NCBI GenBank assembly: GCA_963693365.1
Contig: CAVNZM010000008.1
Location: 4,736,310-4,800,309 of the forward strand
Direction of reading: 5' to 3'
Length of the DNA stretch: 64,000 nt
Source of the DNA: Amoebidium appalachense
Taxonomy: Eukaryota; Protista; Ichthyosporea
The notes below the pieces were generated by a model. That model was not told the origin of the DNA. It was given only the letters and a program-made list of their open reading frames with translations, and did no database searches. This document shows, piece after piece, positions 1-45,830 of the stretch (positions are counted from its first letter, which is position 1; the number at the start of each line of letters is the position of its first letter). Made by a program: the position numbers and the translations under genes.

Positions 1-146
1 ATGCCTGTGTGCGTTCGTGAACGGGAGGAAGTGGGATTGGGCTTGCCAAACATGTCCTATTTTTTGGGCTCCCCCTCCACCCTCACTCCTTCAACCTTTT
101 CCCCCCCTCAGAAATACACATGCTAATATTTTTTATATGCCCACAG

Positions 147-18322
<18,176 letters not shown>

Positions 18323-18465
18323 TAACACCACGATGATCAGATATTGCAACACACGTAGGGCTAAAATCCACGGTTTTCAAGTTGATTGGCTTTTCATTTG
18401 TAAATCATGCGAATGACTCGAATAATGTGGCCGAAGGATTTTTTTATTTTTTTTATTTTTTTTAT

Positions 18466-18509
<44 letters not shown>

Positions 18510-19705
18510 TTGATTGTGGACATTGCAACCTATGAAGTTAGCTCGTGTGAAGTTAGCTACAGCTATCTATCTATGATGAATGGGGTTTATAAAAAAAAAA
18601 AAAATAAGGAGGAATGTGATAGGGCTGAAACCTCTCATTGGGTTCCTGCTTAGCGCAAGTGCCAACTTGATTTTCGCTCTCATTGCTTGAAATTTAGAAC
18701 CTCTTTCGTGATGGTTTATCTCGGTGCTCACGAGACCTGAACCCCATTTTTGAGTTATGGTTGCATACAGTACGCAATGGTTTGTACTAAGCACGAACGT
18801 TTCTATTTACATAGGATGGCTCTGTGTTGACTAGACTGTTTGATGTGTCTCTCATCGCATATGCACCCGCACTTCTGGAATGTATGCGCACAGTGCTTTT
18901 TCTCAAAGCCGCCGCGCTTTGGTTGCGTAAATCCTTTGTTCTGTTGTAATGGTTTTCATATGGACATATCCGTAAAACGTATGGGGTTGCTGAATCGATC
19001 CCCTTTTTTATTTTTCTCCATGCGTATAGATGGTAGAAATGTTGGGTCTCGGTCCCAGCATCAGTAATATCGGTAAAGATTAGGTGAGCTTGATTGCTCA
19101 TTTGCTCATTTATACAGTGCCACGTTGAGCTAAAAAAAATAATGTTGGCCGGATCCACCAACACAGATGGGGATGCTATCGGCTATGGTAGACGTACGGC
19201 TCTTGAGGTGGAGGTGGAGGAAAATATAAATGCAAGAATAAAACGGGAGGAGGAAATACACACAAACGCAAACGAAGCCGGTGTCACTTACACATGAACA
19301 CAACAGCGCCACAAACACATACACACGCATGTGTGTGCGCGGGCGCACATGCTGTGTGCACACACGTGCACGCTGTACACACACGCGCGCGTGCACGCGC
19401 GCACACACATTGTTACCGTACACACAAGTGCAACACGCACTCACCCCATGCACAGAACATGTTCACACTGTACACACGCACATGCATGTACCACATACAC
19501 ACACGTGAACACCTGGTCACTGTGACACACCCTTATACACACCGTCACACATGCTGCCACACGCACATTTTCGTAAAGGCACGCACACAGTGTGACACGC
19601 ACACATATACACTGTACACACATGCACATCATACCATACACAAGTCACACACTCAAACTGTCGGCTCAGAGACCGTCTCTCTGAGCCTCTTTCTCTCTCT
19701 CTCTC

Positions 19706-19755
<50 letters not shown>

Positions 19756-21089
19756 CCCCCCCCCCCCCCCCCCCCTCTCTCTCTCTCTATGTAGGCCTCT
19801 CTCTCCGCTCTCTCTTTCAATATTGGGTACCGGCCCCCAGGAGACCCGGCATCATAGTCCGTTTTATATCTGGATTACTTTGTAACGTATCCGGCAGACT
19901 AGATGTACCAATACATACAGTAGTGCTGCAGGGGAGGTCTAAAAATACATTTGCAAAGTGAGAACTAAGCAAAGACACCGTCGTATCATCAAATTGGTGG
20001 CACCATGCAACAATCCTCCTCCAACCCAAGGAACCCCCAGCCTTCTGGCAAACCACATGCCGCAATCCCTGCATTAGTTCTCAAACCCCCCCCCCCCCCC
20101 CCCCGAAGCTTCCCCTCCCCCCCCCCCCCCCCTTCTGTCGTGAAAGACACATAATCGTCTGTGCAAGAACAAAAGAAGAAGGCACACGCAGACAATCACT
20201 CGCAGCCTGTGGTACCGGAGCACTCCAAGACAAATTAAACTGCTCAAGGCACACCGTTTCGATCACCGACGCGCACACTGTGGCACACATACACACACAC
20301 ACACAGATATTGATATGTAACATAAATTCACACACACCTGCACACGCCACACACACACACACACATCATACACACACGCACACACAGAGAGACACATCAT
20401 CACCCACGGCCACCCACACACGCACACACACACACGCGCGCGAACACGCGTACGCATACATATATACACGCTGCCACCTACTGAGATGGCTCCTTATTTT
20501 TCCTTACACATTCAGCGAACACTGGACTCTATCGAACCGTCGAGGCGCCGCGACAGAAAGCATGCACGCGGTCGCGAAAGGTCTGCAGCGAACGTAAAGT
20601 TCATCGCAGCGCGTGCACACCGTCAGTACGTGTGAGATATACACGCTCAAACTCACGCATTGCCAAGCACAACCACGCGGCCACACACTATCACTGACGC
20701 AGACTGATCAGTTACTGTCACACGCACGCACGCACGCACGCACGCGCGGTCGGCACACACACACACGCACCCCTCCTCAGCAAAAGAAAAGAAACAGCAA
20801 CAAAGTTAGTGTCACCCGTGTCACGCAAAGTTAGTGTCACCCGTGTCACGCCAGGTGTCCCACTTATGCAAACACGCAAGCACGCAAGGACCCGCGCACC
20901 CACGCACGCACACACACACACGTCTGCTAGCGCTGGCACCGTGCACGTGGCACACGCACACACAGACGCGCACGCACGTATAATATACACCGTGGCACAC
21001 GCACACGCACACACGTGGCACTGCACCAAACTAACGCCACACATGCACTCACAAACACACACACAGAGAGACACACACGAATTGAACCG

Positions 21090-21158
<69 letters not shown>

Positions 21159-21980
21159 GTGACGCGCACACACATACACACACACACACATACGCACACC
21201 GTGACACACGCACACACGCGAGCGCGCGCGTGTACACACGCCGACCGTCGACGTGCATGCTACACCGTCAGCACTAGGTTTACACGGACGCCACCCATAG
21301 TACCCTAACAGGTGAGACACACACACGCACATTGGCACCTGTCCCCGTTCACACATACATGAATAAATGGTTTTTTCTTTTCTTTCTAATCCCCTTTTGT
21401 TCCCGGAGGGACCCCTAGGGGGCTCTCAGGGAAACTACAAACCCCTCCTGTATACGTACGTACCCTCGGCGACTAAGCTCTAATTATAAGGTTTCGAAGA
21501 TCTAGCTATAGGGTGCTACGTACATGCACGGTGCCGGCAACTAAAATAAATCGCGCACAATCTGTGTGACCCATCTGGTTTACCCCCACATGCATCGCCA
21601 AACAAAGCACAGTGACACATTGAAATTTGAACACAGCCTGAGAAAAATCTTTCTTTCTTTGTTGTTTTGAGCTCACATTCCTCGAGCGCTTTGGTATGCA
21701 TCAACATTCCAGGGTTAAAACTTTAACTTGCCTATGTCATCACACTTACGTGCTTGCGTGCGCCGGGTGCGCGCACGTGTGTCGAGCCTGTGCCGTTTGG
21801 CGGGTTGTTGGCCATGCATATGCATGGGTGACTTGGGCAAGACTGCACAATCACCCTCGGACGAAAAATGGAGTTGCAATGGATGGCTGGCCAATCGTGA
21901 TCACTCGCAAGTTGTTCAGAGTCAGTGCTGGCGTGTACATTAATTGGCGCTCGACTTGGCGTGCGCACATGTGAGTGTGT

Positions 21981-22091
<111 letters not shown>

Positions 22092-22640
22092 GGCCGTCAC
22101 ACATCCCTCACCCTGGCTCTGCCTTGTCGGTGCTCCAAAAAACACACAAATTCCCCTAGACTCGGCCTGCACATGGTCGCATTCACGTGCAGGTCACGTG
22201 ACACATGCACTGCCATACTGCCGTCTAGAGCAACAACCACGGCAGCATGTATACCGGCCCAGCACGAAATATACTTATCGGCAGCCCACTTCATGAACTC
22301 GCCCATTTTCTCTTTTTCATGTATAACCCTGCTTTTTTGTGAAATCACCCTTTTTGGCCTCCCGGTAGTGGATTTTGCAGGATTTGACTTCTTTGAGGTC
22401 CAAAAACCTCAAATTTTCCCCGGCCCCGGGGAGGGAGAATTCAAAAATTGCCCGCTCCTGATATGGTACCCGGGCCGTTTGAGCCGTTGCCGTAGGATTA
22501 GTACAACACGAGTTATTGGTTTTGCGACATGGGCACTTTGTCATGAAAAACGAAACAGTTAATTACTAAAACTTCAAAACTTCTAGGAAAACATAATAAG
22601 AACATCAATAGGCCGCACGAACTTCATGCTGCCTTCTTCC

Positions 22641-23122
22641 ACCATGACGAGCAGCACCAACACCCTGCTTGTCTAGTGTCCTCTACCATGCCGAGCAGCA
22701 CCAACACCCTGCTCTAGTGTCTTCTATCATGCCGAGCAGCACCAACACCCTGCTCTAGTGTCTTCTACCATGCCGAGCAGCACCAACACCCTGCTCTAGT
22801 CTTCTACCATGCCGAGCAGCACCAACACCCTGCTCTAGTGTCTTCTACCATGCCGAGCAGCACCAACACCCTGCTCTAGTGTCTTCTACCATGCCGAGCA
22901 GCACCAACACCCTGCTCTACTGTCTTCTACGTATACGATGCCGAGCAGCACCAACACCCTGCTCTAGTGTCTTCTACCATGCCGAGCAGCACCAACACGC
23001 TGCTCTAGTCTTCTATATGCCGAGCAGCACCAACACCCTGCTCTAGTGTCTTCTACCATGCCGAGCAGCACCAACACCTTGCAGTCTTCTACCACGCCGA
23101 GCAGCACCAACACCCTGCTCTA
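22641..23122. repeat. 41-bp minisatellite, 12 copies, plus one detached copy at about 23417-23468
   Basis: Unit ATGCCGAGCAGCACCAACACCCTGCTCTAGTGTCTTCTACC, with an internal inverted repeat GAGCAG/CTGCTC and no unique spacers. Confidence 0.95.
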
Positions 23123-23547
23123 ATGATGTTATGAACAGCATGTACAGCTTTACAAGCTCTTCTTCTGAGGGTGGCCACATTTTCTACTAATTTCTCGCCC
23201 ACTTCGAAAGATGCTGAGAAAAAAACTGAAAAAACTGAGACAGAAGAAAAGTTGAAAATAGAAAAAACGTTCCCGAAAATGTGACAGGCCCGGCTGGGTC
23301 GCCGAGCTTAATTGACCGGCCCGTGGCTCACGCATCTGTCCTGCCGACAGGCTGGGCGGAGGCGCCGCCGGGCCCATCGACATCTGGCCCGGGCAGCGGG
23401 CTGATCACACAGGTCCAGTGTCTTCTACCAATCCATGCCGAGCAGCACAAACACCCTGCTCTAGTCTTGCACCTCTTTTTTAAATCAAATAATGACAGTG
23501 GGACCGGGTTTAAAATATGTTACGAGGAATGGAATGTGGCAGTCGCT

Positions 23548-23643
23548 CCTGTGTTAAAACTCTAACAGGGTGTGTAATGTGTATGTTTCCTGTTTCCTCC
23601 TGTGTTAAAACTCTACCAGGGTGTGTAATGTGTATGTTTCCTG
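23548..23643. repeat. Tandem duplication of about 51 bp, part of a dispersed repeat also seen at 30640-30686
   Basis: cctgtgttaaaactcta.cagggtgtgtaatgtgtatgtttcctg occurs twice. aatggaatgtggcagtcg.tcctgtgtta.aac..ta.cagggtgtg occurs at 23528 and 30640. Confidence 0.85.
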
Positions 23644-23942
23644 CTTGTTCATACTTTACAGGCAATATATAGGGCTTGAATTCAGGCTCTTGAGTCGTGA
23701 CACTGAAAACACCGCCACAATCTCACTCATTCACGTTGTCTGTGCACTCTTTCAGTCACCCTGACAGACTGTTACACAGACTGACAGCCACATCTTCAAA
23801 AAAAGCAACAATAGCTGTATACGTACATTGTAGTGAATTGTCTGTCTGGCTGTAGAATTAGTACTACAGTAGAGTACTGTAGAGAGAGCCATATATCGCG
23901 GGAACTGAAACTGTCAAGGCACCCCGCACCACATGCATAATA

Positions 23943-24632
23943 ATGTGTCCCAAATTAGTCACCAAGTTACTCCTAGCGGCTGCCAGCTGCGCATTTTTCC
24001 TCTCCCCGACCATTCTAGCGGCAACCATTTCATCCTCTGAAAGCATCGCTTGTTTTTCAAAGTGTGAAAAGTTATACCTTGGAAGCCGCAGCACAGATCC
24101 CTCTTATGTACCGACCGATGACATTAAGAATGCCATAGCTGCGTGTGAGCGAGAGCTGTGCGGTGTGGGCGAATCAATACTACAGAAGTCTTGTAGGGAA
24201 ACGTGTACCTTGCGCCGCTCAAAGCAACCCGACCTAAACGACCCCAACTGTGAAAACGACTGTATTGAGACCGCTCAGATAATTGAGTGTTTCACAAAGT
24301 GTGAAAAGTTATACCTTGGAAGTAGGAGCACAGATCTTTCTTATGTACCGAACGATAGAGAGATGGAGGCCATTGCTGTGTGCGAACGAGAATCGTGCGG
24401 TGTTGGTGACTCGGCATTGGTGACGTCGTGTAAGGAATCGTGTTCAGACCAACGCGAAATTGACCAACCCAGCTGTGTACAAGACTGCGTTGCATACTCT
24501 GAAAGAATCAAATGCAACACAAAGTGTGAAAAGTTTATCCTTGGAAGCGACAGCACAAATTTTTCTTATGTACCAAACGAAAGAGAGACGGAGGCCATTG
24601 CTGCATGTGAGAGAGCGTCGTGCGGTGCTTAG
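23943..24632 (+). CDS. Intronless secreted cysteine-rich repeat protein, 229 aa, family not recognised
   Basis: Complex-sequence ORF from ATG to TAG. Hydrophobic N-terminus (KLLLAAASCAFFLSPTILA). Three copies of CxxKCEKxxLGSxSTxxSYVPxxxxxxAIAxCERxxCG alternate with two CxExC...CxxDC modules. Confidence 0.9.
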   Translation: MCPKLVTKLLLAAASCAFFLSPTILAATISSSESIACFSKCEKLYLGSRSTDPSYVPTDDIKNAIAACERELCGVGESILQKSCRETCTLRRSKQPDLNDPNCENDCIETAQIIECFTKCEKLYLGSRSTDLSYVPNDREMEAIAVCERESCGVGDSALVTSCKESCSDQREIDQPSCVQDCVAYSERIKCNTKCEKFILGSDSTNFSYVPNERETEAIAACERASCGA

Positions 24633-25148
24633 CGGTGACCCCGGGCTGATAATAGTCAAGCCTGTGAGTCCCTGACCCATGCAAACGGATTCTTCGGAGA
24701 CATCGTGGAACCTTGGGATTGTGCAAACCATATGGGTGCACTTCACCAGTAACCGTTTTTAGCAATAACATGCTTATCAACCCGTGGCGGATCATAGTGG
24801 CGAGGGTGGGTGATCGGATGGTAGTAAACGAGGAAACAACAGTGAATATGACGACTGGAAAGGGAAGAAATCCCGTGTGTACTGAAAATGATAAGTGAGA
24901 ATAATAATGATTATTGATGATCCCATAGTCATTCACCTTTATTTAATTGTTGATGGTCCAAGCAAATGTTGCAGATATCGATGTCTAGGCTAAGTTTTTA
25001 AGTTGTGTGGCTGAGTTTGTTTTGGAATGTTTCGCTGCATGGTATTTCAAATTAAGAATGCAACCTATATATTTGTTTTTGTGGAGTTTTACGGACATGG
25101 TTTTACCACCGGAGTGGTGCCCCCCCCCCCCCCCCCCCCCTCCCCCCC

Positions 25149-25180
<32 letters not shown>

Positions 25181-25809
25181 AAAAAAAAAAAAAAAAAGCA
25201 CCATGATCCATTGGCAAGGCTTCAAGTGTCGCACATGCTGTGTTTGAAAGGCTGACAAACAGATCCGTTGATGCAAACTCATGAAGACGTGTGCTTTTGA
25301 TCTAGAAGAGTCGCCAATGGTTTGTAGTACCAACCCCCTCCCCTCCCCTCCCCTCCTCGGAGTCCCCCCCCCCCCCCTTCTCCCCCCGAACAAATCTTGG
25401 CGAACCTTTTAAAAAGGTTAAGGGCATGCACCGTGCGCATGCCTACGGTTTTGGGTCACTCTTTATTCAGCATCTGTCGGAGATCACAGACTAGGTTTGA
25501 GTCGGATGGGGAGGCCCTGGGTGGGATCATGTGTGTTTTTTAAAGATACCCTGGCCCGGAGAGAAGATTGAGGCCTGGGGGTGAGAGGGGAAGAGTCACT
25601 TTTGGGAATCTCCTTTGATGGTCGGACGGTCCGAATCATCATAGGTGTATCAGATCAGTGGTGTGTGAAGAAATATCAAGTTGGATGTCATGAAGACTCG
25701 GTGTTGTCAAATTCCAAATTGATGTGAGAAGGGCCGGTTTCTTATCTCGAGAGAGTATACCTTATCCATACTTAGATTGTTTAGAAAGTGGCGTGCCACT
25801 CTTCGGAAA

Positions 25810-25826
25810 TTAGCCCGTCCCCGGCA

Positions 25827-25863
<37 letters not shown>

Positions 25864-25998
25864 GGACATTGTGTTCATAGAAGCTAGTTCTAGTGCACGT
25901 TGTTCCTTCTGTAAGTCAGAAATGGTTGCATCTTGTGAGGCCAACCTCTGCTCCAGTAGTTGGACTAGTTGCTGCAACTGTAAACGGTTGTCAGACAT
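25810..25998 (-). other. Coiled-coil-like ORF start interrupted by a poly-G run; possible decayed gene or transposon ORF
   Basis: MSDNRLQLQQLVQLLEQRLASQDATISDLQKEQRALEL has heptad character. A TATATAAAG lies on the minus strand at about 26114-26122. No long frame continues after the G run. Confidence 0.35.
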
Positions 25999-26627
25999 AG
26001 TGTCGTGTATGATGGGTAACTAGTCTATCACGGTGTTGTGTGCACTGAAAACGACAGTAGAAAAGTGTAAATCAAACGTTCTGCTTCCCATGTTTGTGAC
26101 ATGGGAGGCACTGCTTTATATAGTTGTTGGCCACCTCATGGTGGCCTCGTGTGCACCCTGGTGGTGGGCCATGTACAGCATGGCCGAAAAGAGAGCACAA
26201 TGAAAACAAGTCGTTAAAGATATAAAAGTTAACTGTGCACGTTGAGTGGCTAGTTAACTTGCACTAAAGCACACAAATAAACGTGTTTAAAACACCAATT
26301 GCAGTTAAACGTAAATCTTACTTCACACAACTAAAAATATTCTGAGAATATCCGGAAATAAAGCACACTACCACTCTAAGAATAGAATCCTGTGGCAAAT
26401 ATAGACATGACATCATCTGAACCGGGAATATTAATTAATGAGCACAATTAGCACGTTGCTAGTGAAGCTCGTCATTGGTACAGTTTTGGCTCAAACATAT
26501 AACTACCATATATGAATATGACCGTAAACAAAAGCTCTATGCACTCGAGTGAGTGTTGAAACAATTATTCAATTGCTCAGAACCATTCTCTAACAGACAT
26601 TGCTAGCCGGGAGTACCAGTGTACTCC

Positions 26628-26662
<35 letters not shown>

Positions 26663-26965
26663 ACCCACCCCCCCCCACCCCCCTCCCCGGTGCAGTTAAC
26701 TATTTTCTAGTCGGAAACCTGAAATGCACTAACATCCCCTCCCCTGGCCCCCCTCCCTCCCCTTTGCAGTTACTTATTCAAATCTAGTCAATATAAAACT
26801 GCACGGTAATACGGCTCCTCCACCCCCCCTTCCCCCCTCTCCATCCCATCCTCCAGCCACCCCCCTCTCTCCAGCACGCAGCTGCAAGGGGGAGAGGGGT
26901 TCATACGAAACTTGGCGTGGAAGACCCCTTTCTTTGATTAATTATTGGCCCCCAAAGGCTGTTTT

Positions 26966-32054
<5,089 letters not shown>

Positions 32055-32455
32055 ACGGTAGTTTCCCTAGTGGGTCTGCAGAAGTCCTCCAGGAACAAAA
32101 CGTGATAAAATAAAAAAGGAATAATTGGAAAGTCGATTAGGCAAATCGATTTAGCTTGAAGATAGGATAGTCCATATACTACTGAAACACCGTGCATGTT
32201 GTTATCAAACAACAAAAAAGTACTAAACATGCATATCATGAAAATATAAATAAGTGGGATTTCAAGGCTTTTCAAAGACTGCGGTAGGAGTAAAGGATTT
32301 GAAAAAGACTCATATTAATTGGCCACGGCCGAAAATCACGAATGATCTGAACACTGGCCTACCCCTTCCGCCTTGACACCACCACAGGGCATACATCACA
32401 CATCACTTGATACGTCGTCCGCCCCCTAGTCCCCCCCCTCCCCCCCCCAGCAGCT

Positions 32456-32523
<68 letters not shown>

Positions 32524-33200
32524 ACACACACGTACACACGCACGAAAAGAAGGGGGAAAAAAAAAACATTAGAAAAAACCGCAAACCCTGTGGATTGGGT
32601 GAAATGAGGCGGACACGCCAGGACTCCCCCCCCCCCCCCCCCCCCCCCCAAAAAGAAAAGAAAGAAACCCGATCAACACAGAGTTTCACCCTTGTGCACG
32701 TGACACACACAGACTGACAGACACCATGGTGCACCCTGTCCGGGCCCGGGTGCCTGAACTGCAACTGCAAAAAGGTGCAAGTGTGTGTGTGGGGGGGGGG
32801 GGGGGGGGGGGAGGGGGGGGGGGGGGGGGAGAGCGGGGAAGAGAAGGGGGCCTTGGATGGCACTCGGCAATTGCAAAGGCATGTCCCTGCGTAATGCGTC
32901 TTTCCCCCCTCAACGGTCCGTAAGCTTTGCATGTGCATCTGTGGTTGATCATATTGAATGTAGACAAATCCGGAACGTTTATTAGGCCACCATTCACGCG
33001 TATTCAATCAATGACACTCCATCGTCGACATGTGCACAAACATACGAATCTGGATGGCGTAACCCATTAACAGTAATAATCCGACGTGATTTCCAAATCA
33101 TGATGCCGTGTTTAGTTGTTGCTGTTGTGTGAGTGCAAGCGTGTTTTGTGCATTTTGTGTAAGTGCGCTTGCGCATGTGTGTAGGTGTGTGTAGGTGCAG

Positions 33201-33241
<41 letters not shown>

Positions 33242-33941
33242 CTCCCTCCCCAAAAAGAAAAAAAAGAAAAAAAAAAAAGAAAAAAAAAGGACAACACACA
33301 CTCTCACCCAAGGAATTCAATTCACCGAAAAAACAGAAGTTCATACACATACAGTAATCATATAGACGGCACAGGATATTTGGAACCAAACTTGCACGCG
33401 CTCACCACAATCATCCCTTTTGGCATTTTGCATGTTTTTGAAGCCAACCACACGAGTAACCTCTGATCTGACCACCAACACTAACATACATGTGCATGTA
33501 CACAGCATTCGGGCAAGGTCCACATATCTACTCTCAGAAGAACACATGCATGACTGACAGCCAATGGAAACCCAAATTTTTAGTTTTGAAAAGGATGTAC
33601 GGAGTTTTGGGTTGGTCGGTGCAGTGCTAAGAGCTGTAAATCCGTCCAGATTGTTGTGGACAGAGCGGTATTGGCAAATATATAACCAGGGGGATACAAC
33701 TCAATTTCCAACGGCAGATCCCTAATCGTCTGTGAGGGGCCAAGCCAATCACAATCCGAACAATTGCAGCCGGGTGCCTCCAGAAGTTTTCCGCCGTGTT
33801 CTTTAGCATTCCCCTCCCACCTCAAGCACGAAACCTTGACCCTGGGGGGGAATCAAGCGATAGCCCATTTGAAATTCCAGGATATCTCTCCCCAACCCAT
33901 TCAGATTTTCAAAGTTATCTCCACAGCAAACAGTTGAAATT

Positions 33942-42747
<8,806 letters not shown>

Positions 42748-43224
42748 GATGCAGCCAAGAGGGATAGAGGGTGTGGGTGTGGGTGTGGGTGTCAGTGGGG
42801 GTAGGGGGTATATTCGGATGGAAGTCTACAAGTGATTAGCTTTGATGAACAATGGGCAGGAGAGCCGGAGAGGGAGAAGATGTGTAAAAAGGACGGTTTC
42901 GAAGACTGAACTTAGTCTATGAACTATTAGCTGTCTTTGGCTTAGTGGCTCACTACTCATTTTGCGTAAACAGTATGCACTGAAATTACGCGGCTGACAA
43001 ATTTGCGCCAATAGCTGTTAGCATTATATATTTATATTGTTTGTAAAAACCTGTTATTTGAGAAGTAGTGTTGTCTGTGCTAGGCTACACAGTACAGCAC
43101 CACTCAATCAGAAACAGAACAAGCCTCAAAGAAAAGGGTGGATAGCATAGGAAGAAAGTTCTTCGTTGTGAACTACGAGTGTCAGAAGTTATTCTTAGTT
43201 GTGAATTAAAGAAAGGTGTCAGAA
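42748..43224. promoter_or_regulatory. Putative bidirectional promoter between UPF3 and BET3
   Basis: Only 477 bp separate the divergent ATGs (42747 minus, 43225 plus). The interval lacks long microsatellites and has an AT-rich ttatatatttata core at about 43024-43037. Confidence 0.6.
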
Positions 43225-43422
43225 ATGAGTCGAGGGGCGGTTAGGACGACGCCAGATGGCAAGAAAGTGGTATGTTTCAGTCCTACTGCTTCTTTCGTCC
43301 CGTCCCTTCCTCTGACCTGTGCCTGTGTTTTTTTGCCTTTTTCCTGGCTTGTTGTGCTCCAGGGGCAATCTCTTTGTTGTGGAGTGTGTGGCTTGCTTTT
43401 ATAAGTGATGGTAATAGTGTTA

Positions 43423-43499
<77 letters not shown>

Positions 43500-44043
43500 G
43501 GGAGAGAGAGGGAGACAGAGGAAGGTGGGAGAGCGAGAGATTTGGAGGGAGGGAGGTAGGGAGGGAAGGAGGGAGGGAGTGAGGAGAGGGAATAGGAGGG
43601 ATAAGAGAGAGAGAGTGATAGAGAGAGATGGAAACGGAGAGAGGGAGAGGGACACAGTCCTTTGCTTATATGTGTCGAGGGAAGCAGAGAGTCAGGAAGG
43701 TGATGGGACACGGGTTGGGGGGTGGGTGGTTGCTGTTTGTGTGTGGTGGGGTTTGGGAGGTGGGGGTGGGGGCTGGGGAGGCGGGGGTAGGGTAGGGGGG
43801 GCTGGGTGGGTGTTTGTGTGTGTGTTTGGGGAGGGGGGGGGGGGGGGGGTTGGCAGGTGGGACATAGCTCGAGAATTCGTTTCGTATTATGGCAATCACG
43901 TTGCCATAATACTAACTATTCACACCCACAACCACACGCAACCACACGCACACGTGCGAACAAGCGCACACATGCGTATACACGCACGGAAAGCAGCATG
44001 TTCGTGCATGCCTGCGTCCAGCACGTCTGCGTATATTTGTGAC

Positions 44044-44101
<58 letters not shown>

Positions 44102-44217
44102 AACACAAACGCACAGAATTTGGAGCTGTTCGTGCTCACATACGGAGCGCTAGTAGCTCAGCTTCTGAAAGACACGGGGGATGAGGAGACAGTCAACAAA
44201 ACTCTCGACAGCATGTA

Positions 44218-44254
<37 letters not shown>

Positions 44255-44339
44255 GGGAAAGCATCACCCGTGCTCGTGGGCACACACTATGCACATGCGC
44301 AAGCACACGCACACCCACAGATGCGTGCATGCACACACA

Positions 44340-44422
<83 letters not shown>

Positions 44423-44649
44423 CACAAAACACACATGAGTACAGGCAAAGAGACATGCACACTTCAAAAATATACGGGAAGGGGGGGCGGGGAGGGGGAA
44501 GGATGCTTTCTCTCTCCCCATCCTTCCTTGCTGCATTCTCGGTGCTGTCTTTTTGCTGTCTCCTGGGTCGTGCATGTCATTGTGCTAGTGTGTGCCCTGT
44601 GTTGTTGTACACAATGTTTACCCCCCTCCAACCTCTCTCCAACCCTCCC

Positions 44650-44680
<31 letters not shown>

Positions 44681-45794
44681 CCCCTCCCTCCCTCCCTCCC
44701 TCTCTCTCTGTCTCTCCCTCTCCCCACGCCTTCCCTCCGCCCCTCCTTCCTCCCTCATTCCCTCCCCCAACCCTCCCCCCTCCCCGTCGTAAAAACATAC
44801 TTCATACCCTGTAACACATTTTTACCCCCCCCCCCCCCCCCCCCCCCCCCCCAACCGTTCCAGTGGATACAGCATGGGTACCCGACTAGCCGAAGACTTT
44901 CTTTCCCGTATTGCCATCAGCCGGTGTACAGAGTTCAAAGAGACGGCAGAGGTGCTAACAAAGGTGGGTCCCTGGATATATCTAGGACGGGATACCTTCT
45001 ATCTTCTTGTTCGATGTGGTTTGTTTGCACATCTGTAATATTTGGAAATTTCATCCGGGATAGTTTGGCATATTTGGTAATTTCATCCGGGATAGTTTGG
45101 CATATTCGGTAGTTTCATTCGGGATAGTTTGACATTCTCCTCATTCAAACCGTGGACTGCTCATTTAGGTCGGTTAACGTTATGTGATTAGTGATTTGAT
45201 GTTTTTTTCCATGTGGGTTGTGTTTTTTTTGTGATAGTTCATAATTTACCGTGGGCTATTTTGATGTGTTATACAAGAAGAGTTTTTTGTTTTCAATTGG
45301 GATAGTTAGATGGTTGCCCCCAAGAGATCTTGTTACTACCTCGGGATAGTTAGAGATTCGTGTGTGGAATATTGGTATGTTTCTTGGCGGACAATTTGAT
45401 TATCGTGATGGGAGCAGAGAGAGGGTGAGAGAGGGTGTGTGTGGGTGTGTGGGTATGTCTTATCTTTCCTCCTTGTCTTTTATCCTTATCTTTCCCTTTT
45501 TTTTTTCTTTTTTTTTTGGGGGGGGGGGGGGGGGCGGAGGGGGGGGGGGGATGTCGATTCCGGTTCTATAATCGTGCATTACTTCTGCTTTATTTAGGGG
45601 CCATTGATGCATGTCATACCCCCCCCCTCCCCCCTCCCGCCCACCGTTCCACTCTCCCCCCCCTCCCCTCCCTCGTTCCTTCTAGTGTATTGATGTCCGC
45701 AAAAGCAAGAATTGCTTTCTTGTAATCTGCGTTTGCAGCACACAGGGTGTGTGCGCGCGGACACACACACACACATAAACGCGCTATCACCAAT

Positions 45795-45830
<36 letters not shown>

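Noticed and set aside
18800-20700. Complex-sequence islands with short ORFs (for example 19094-19297 and 19817-20074)
   Set aside because: No recognisable motifs, and no consistent exon chain on either strand.
22641-23122. CRISPR-like array (palindromic repeat of about 30-40 bp)
   Set aside because: Units are head-to-tail with no unique spacers, there are no cas genes, and the context is eukaryotic.
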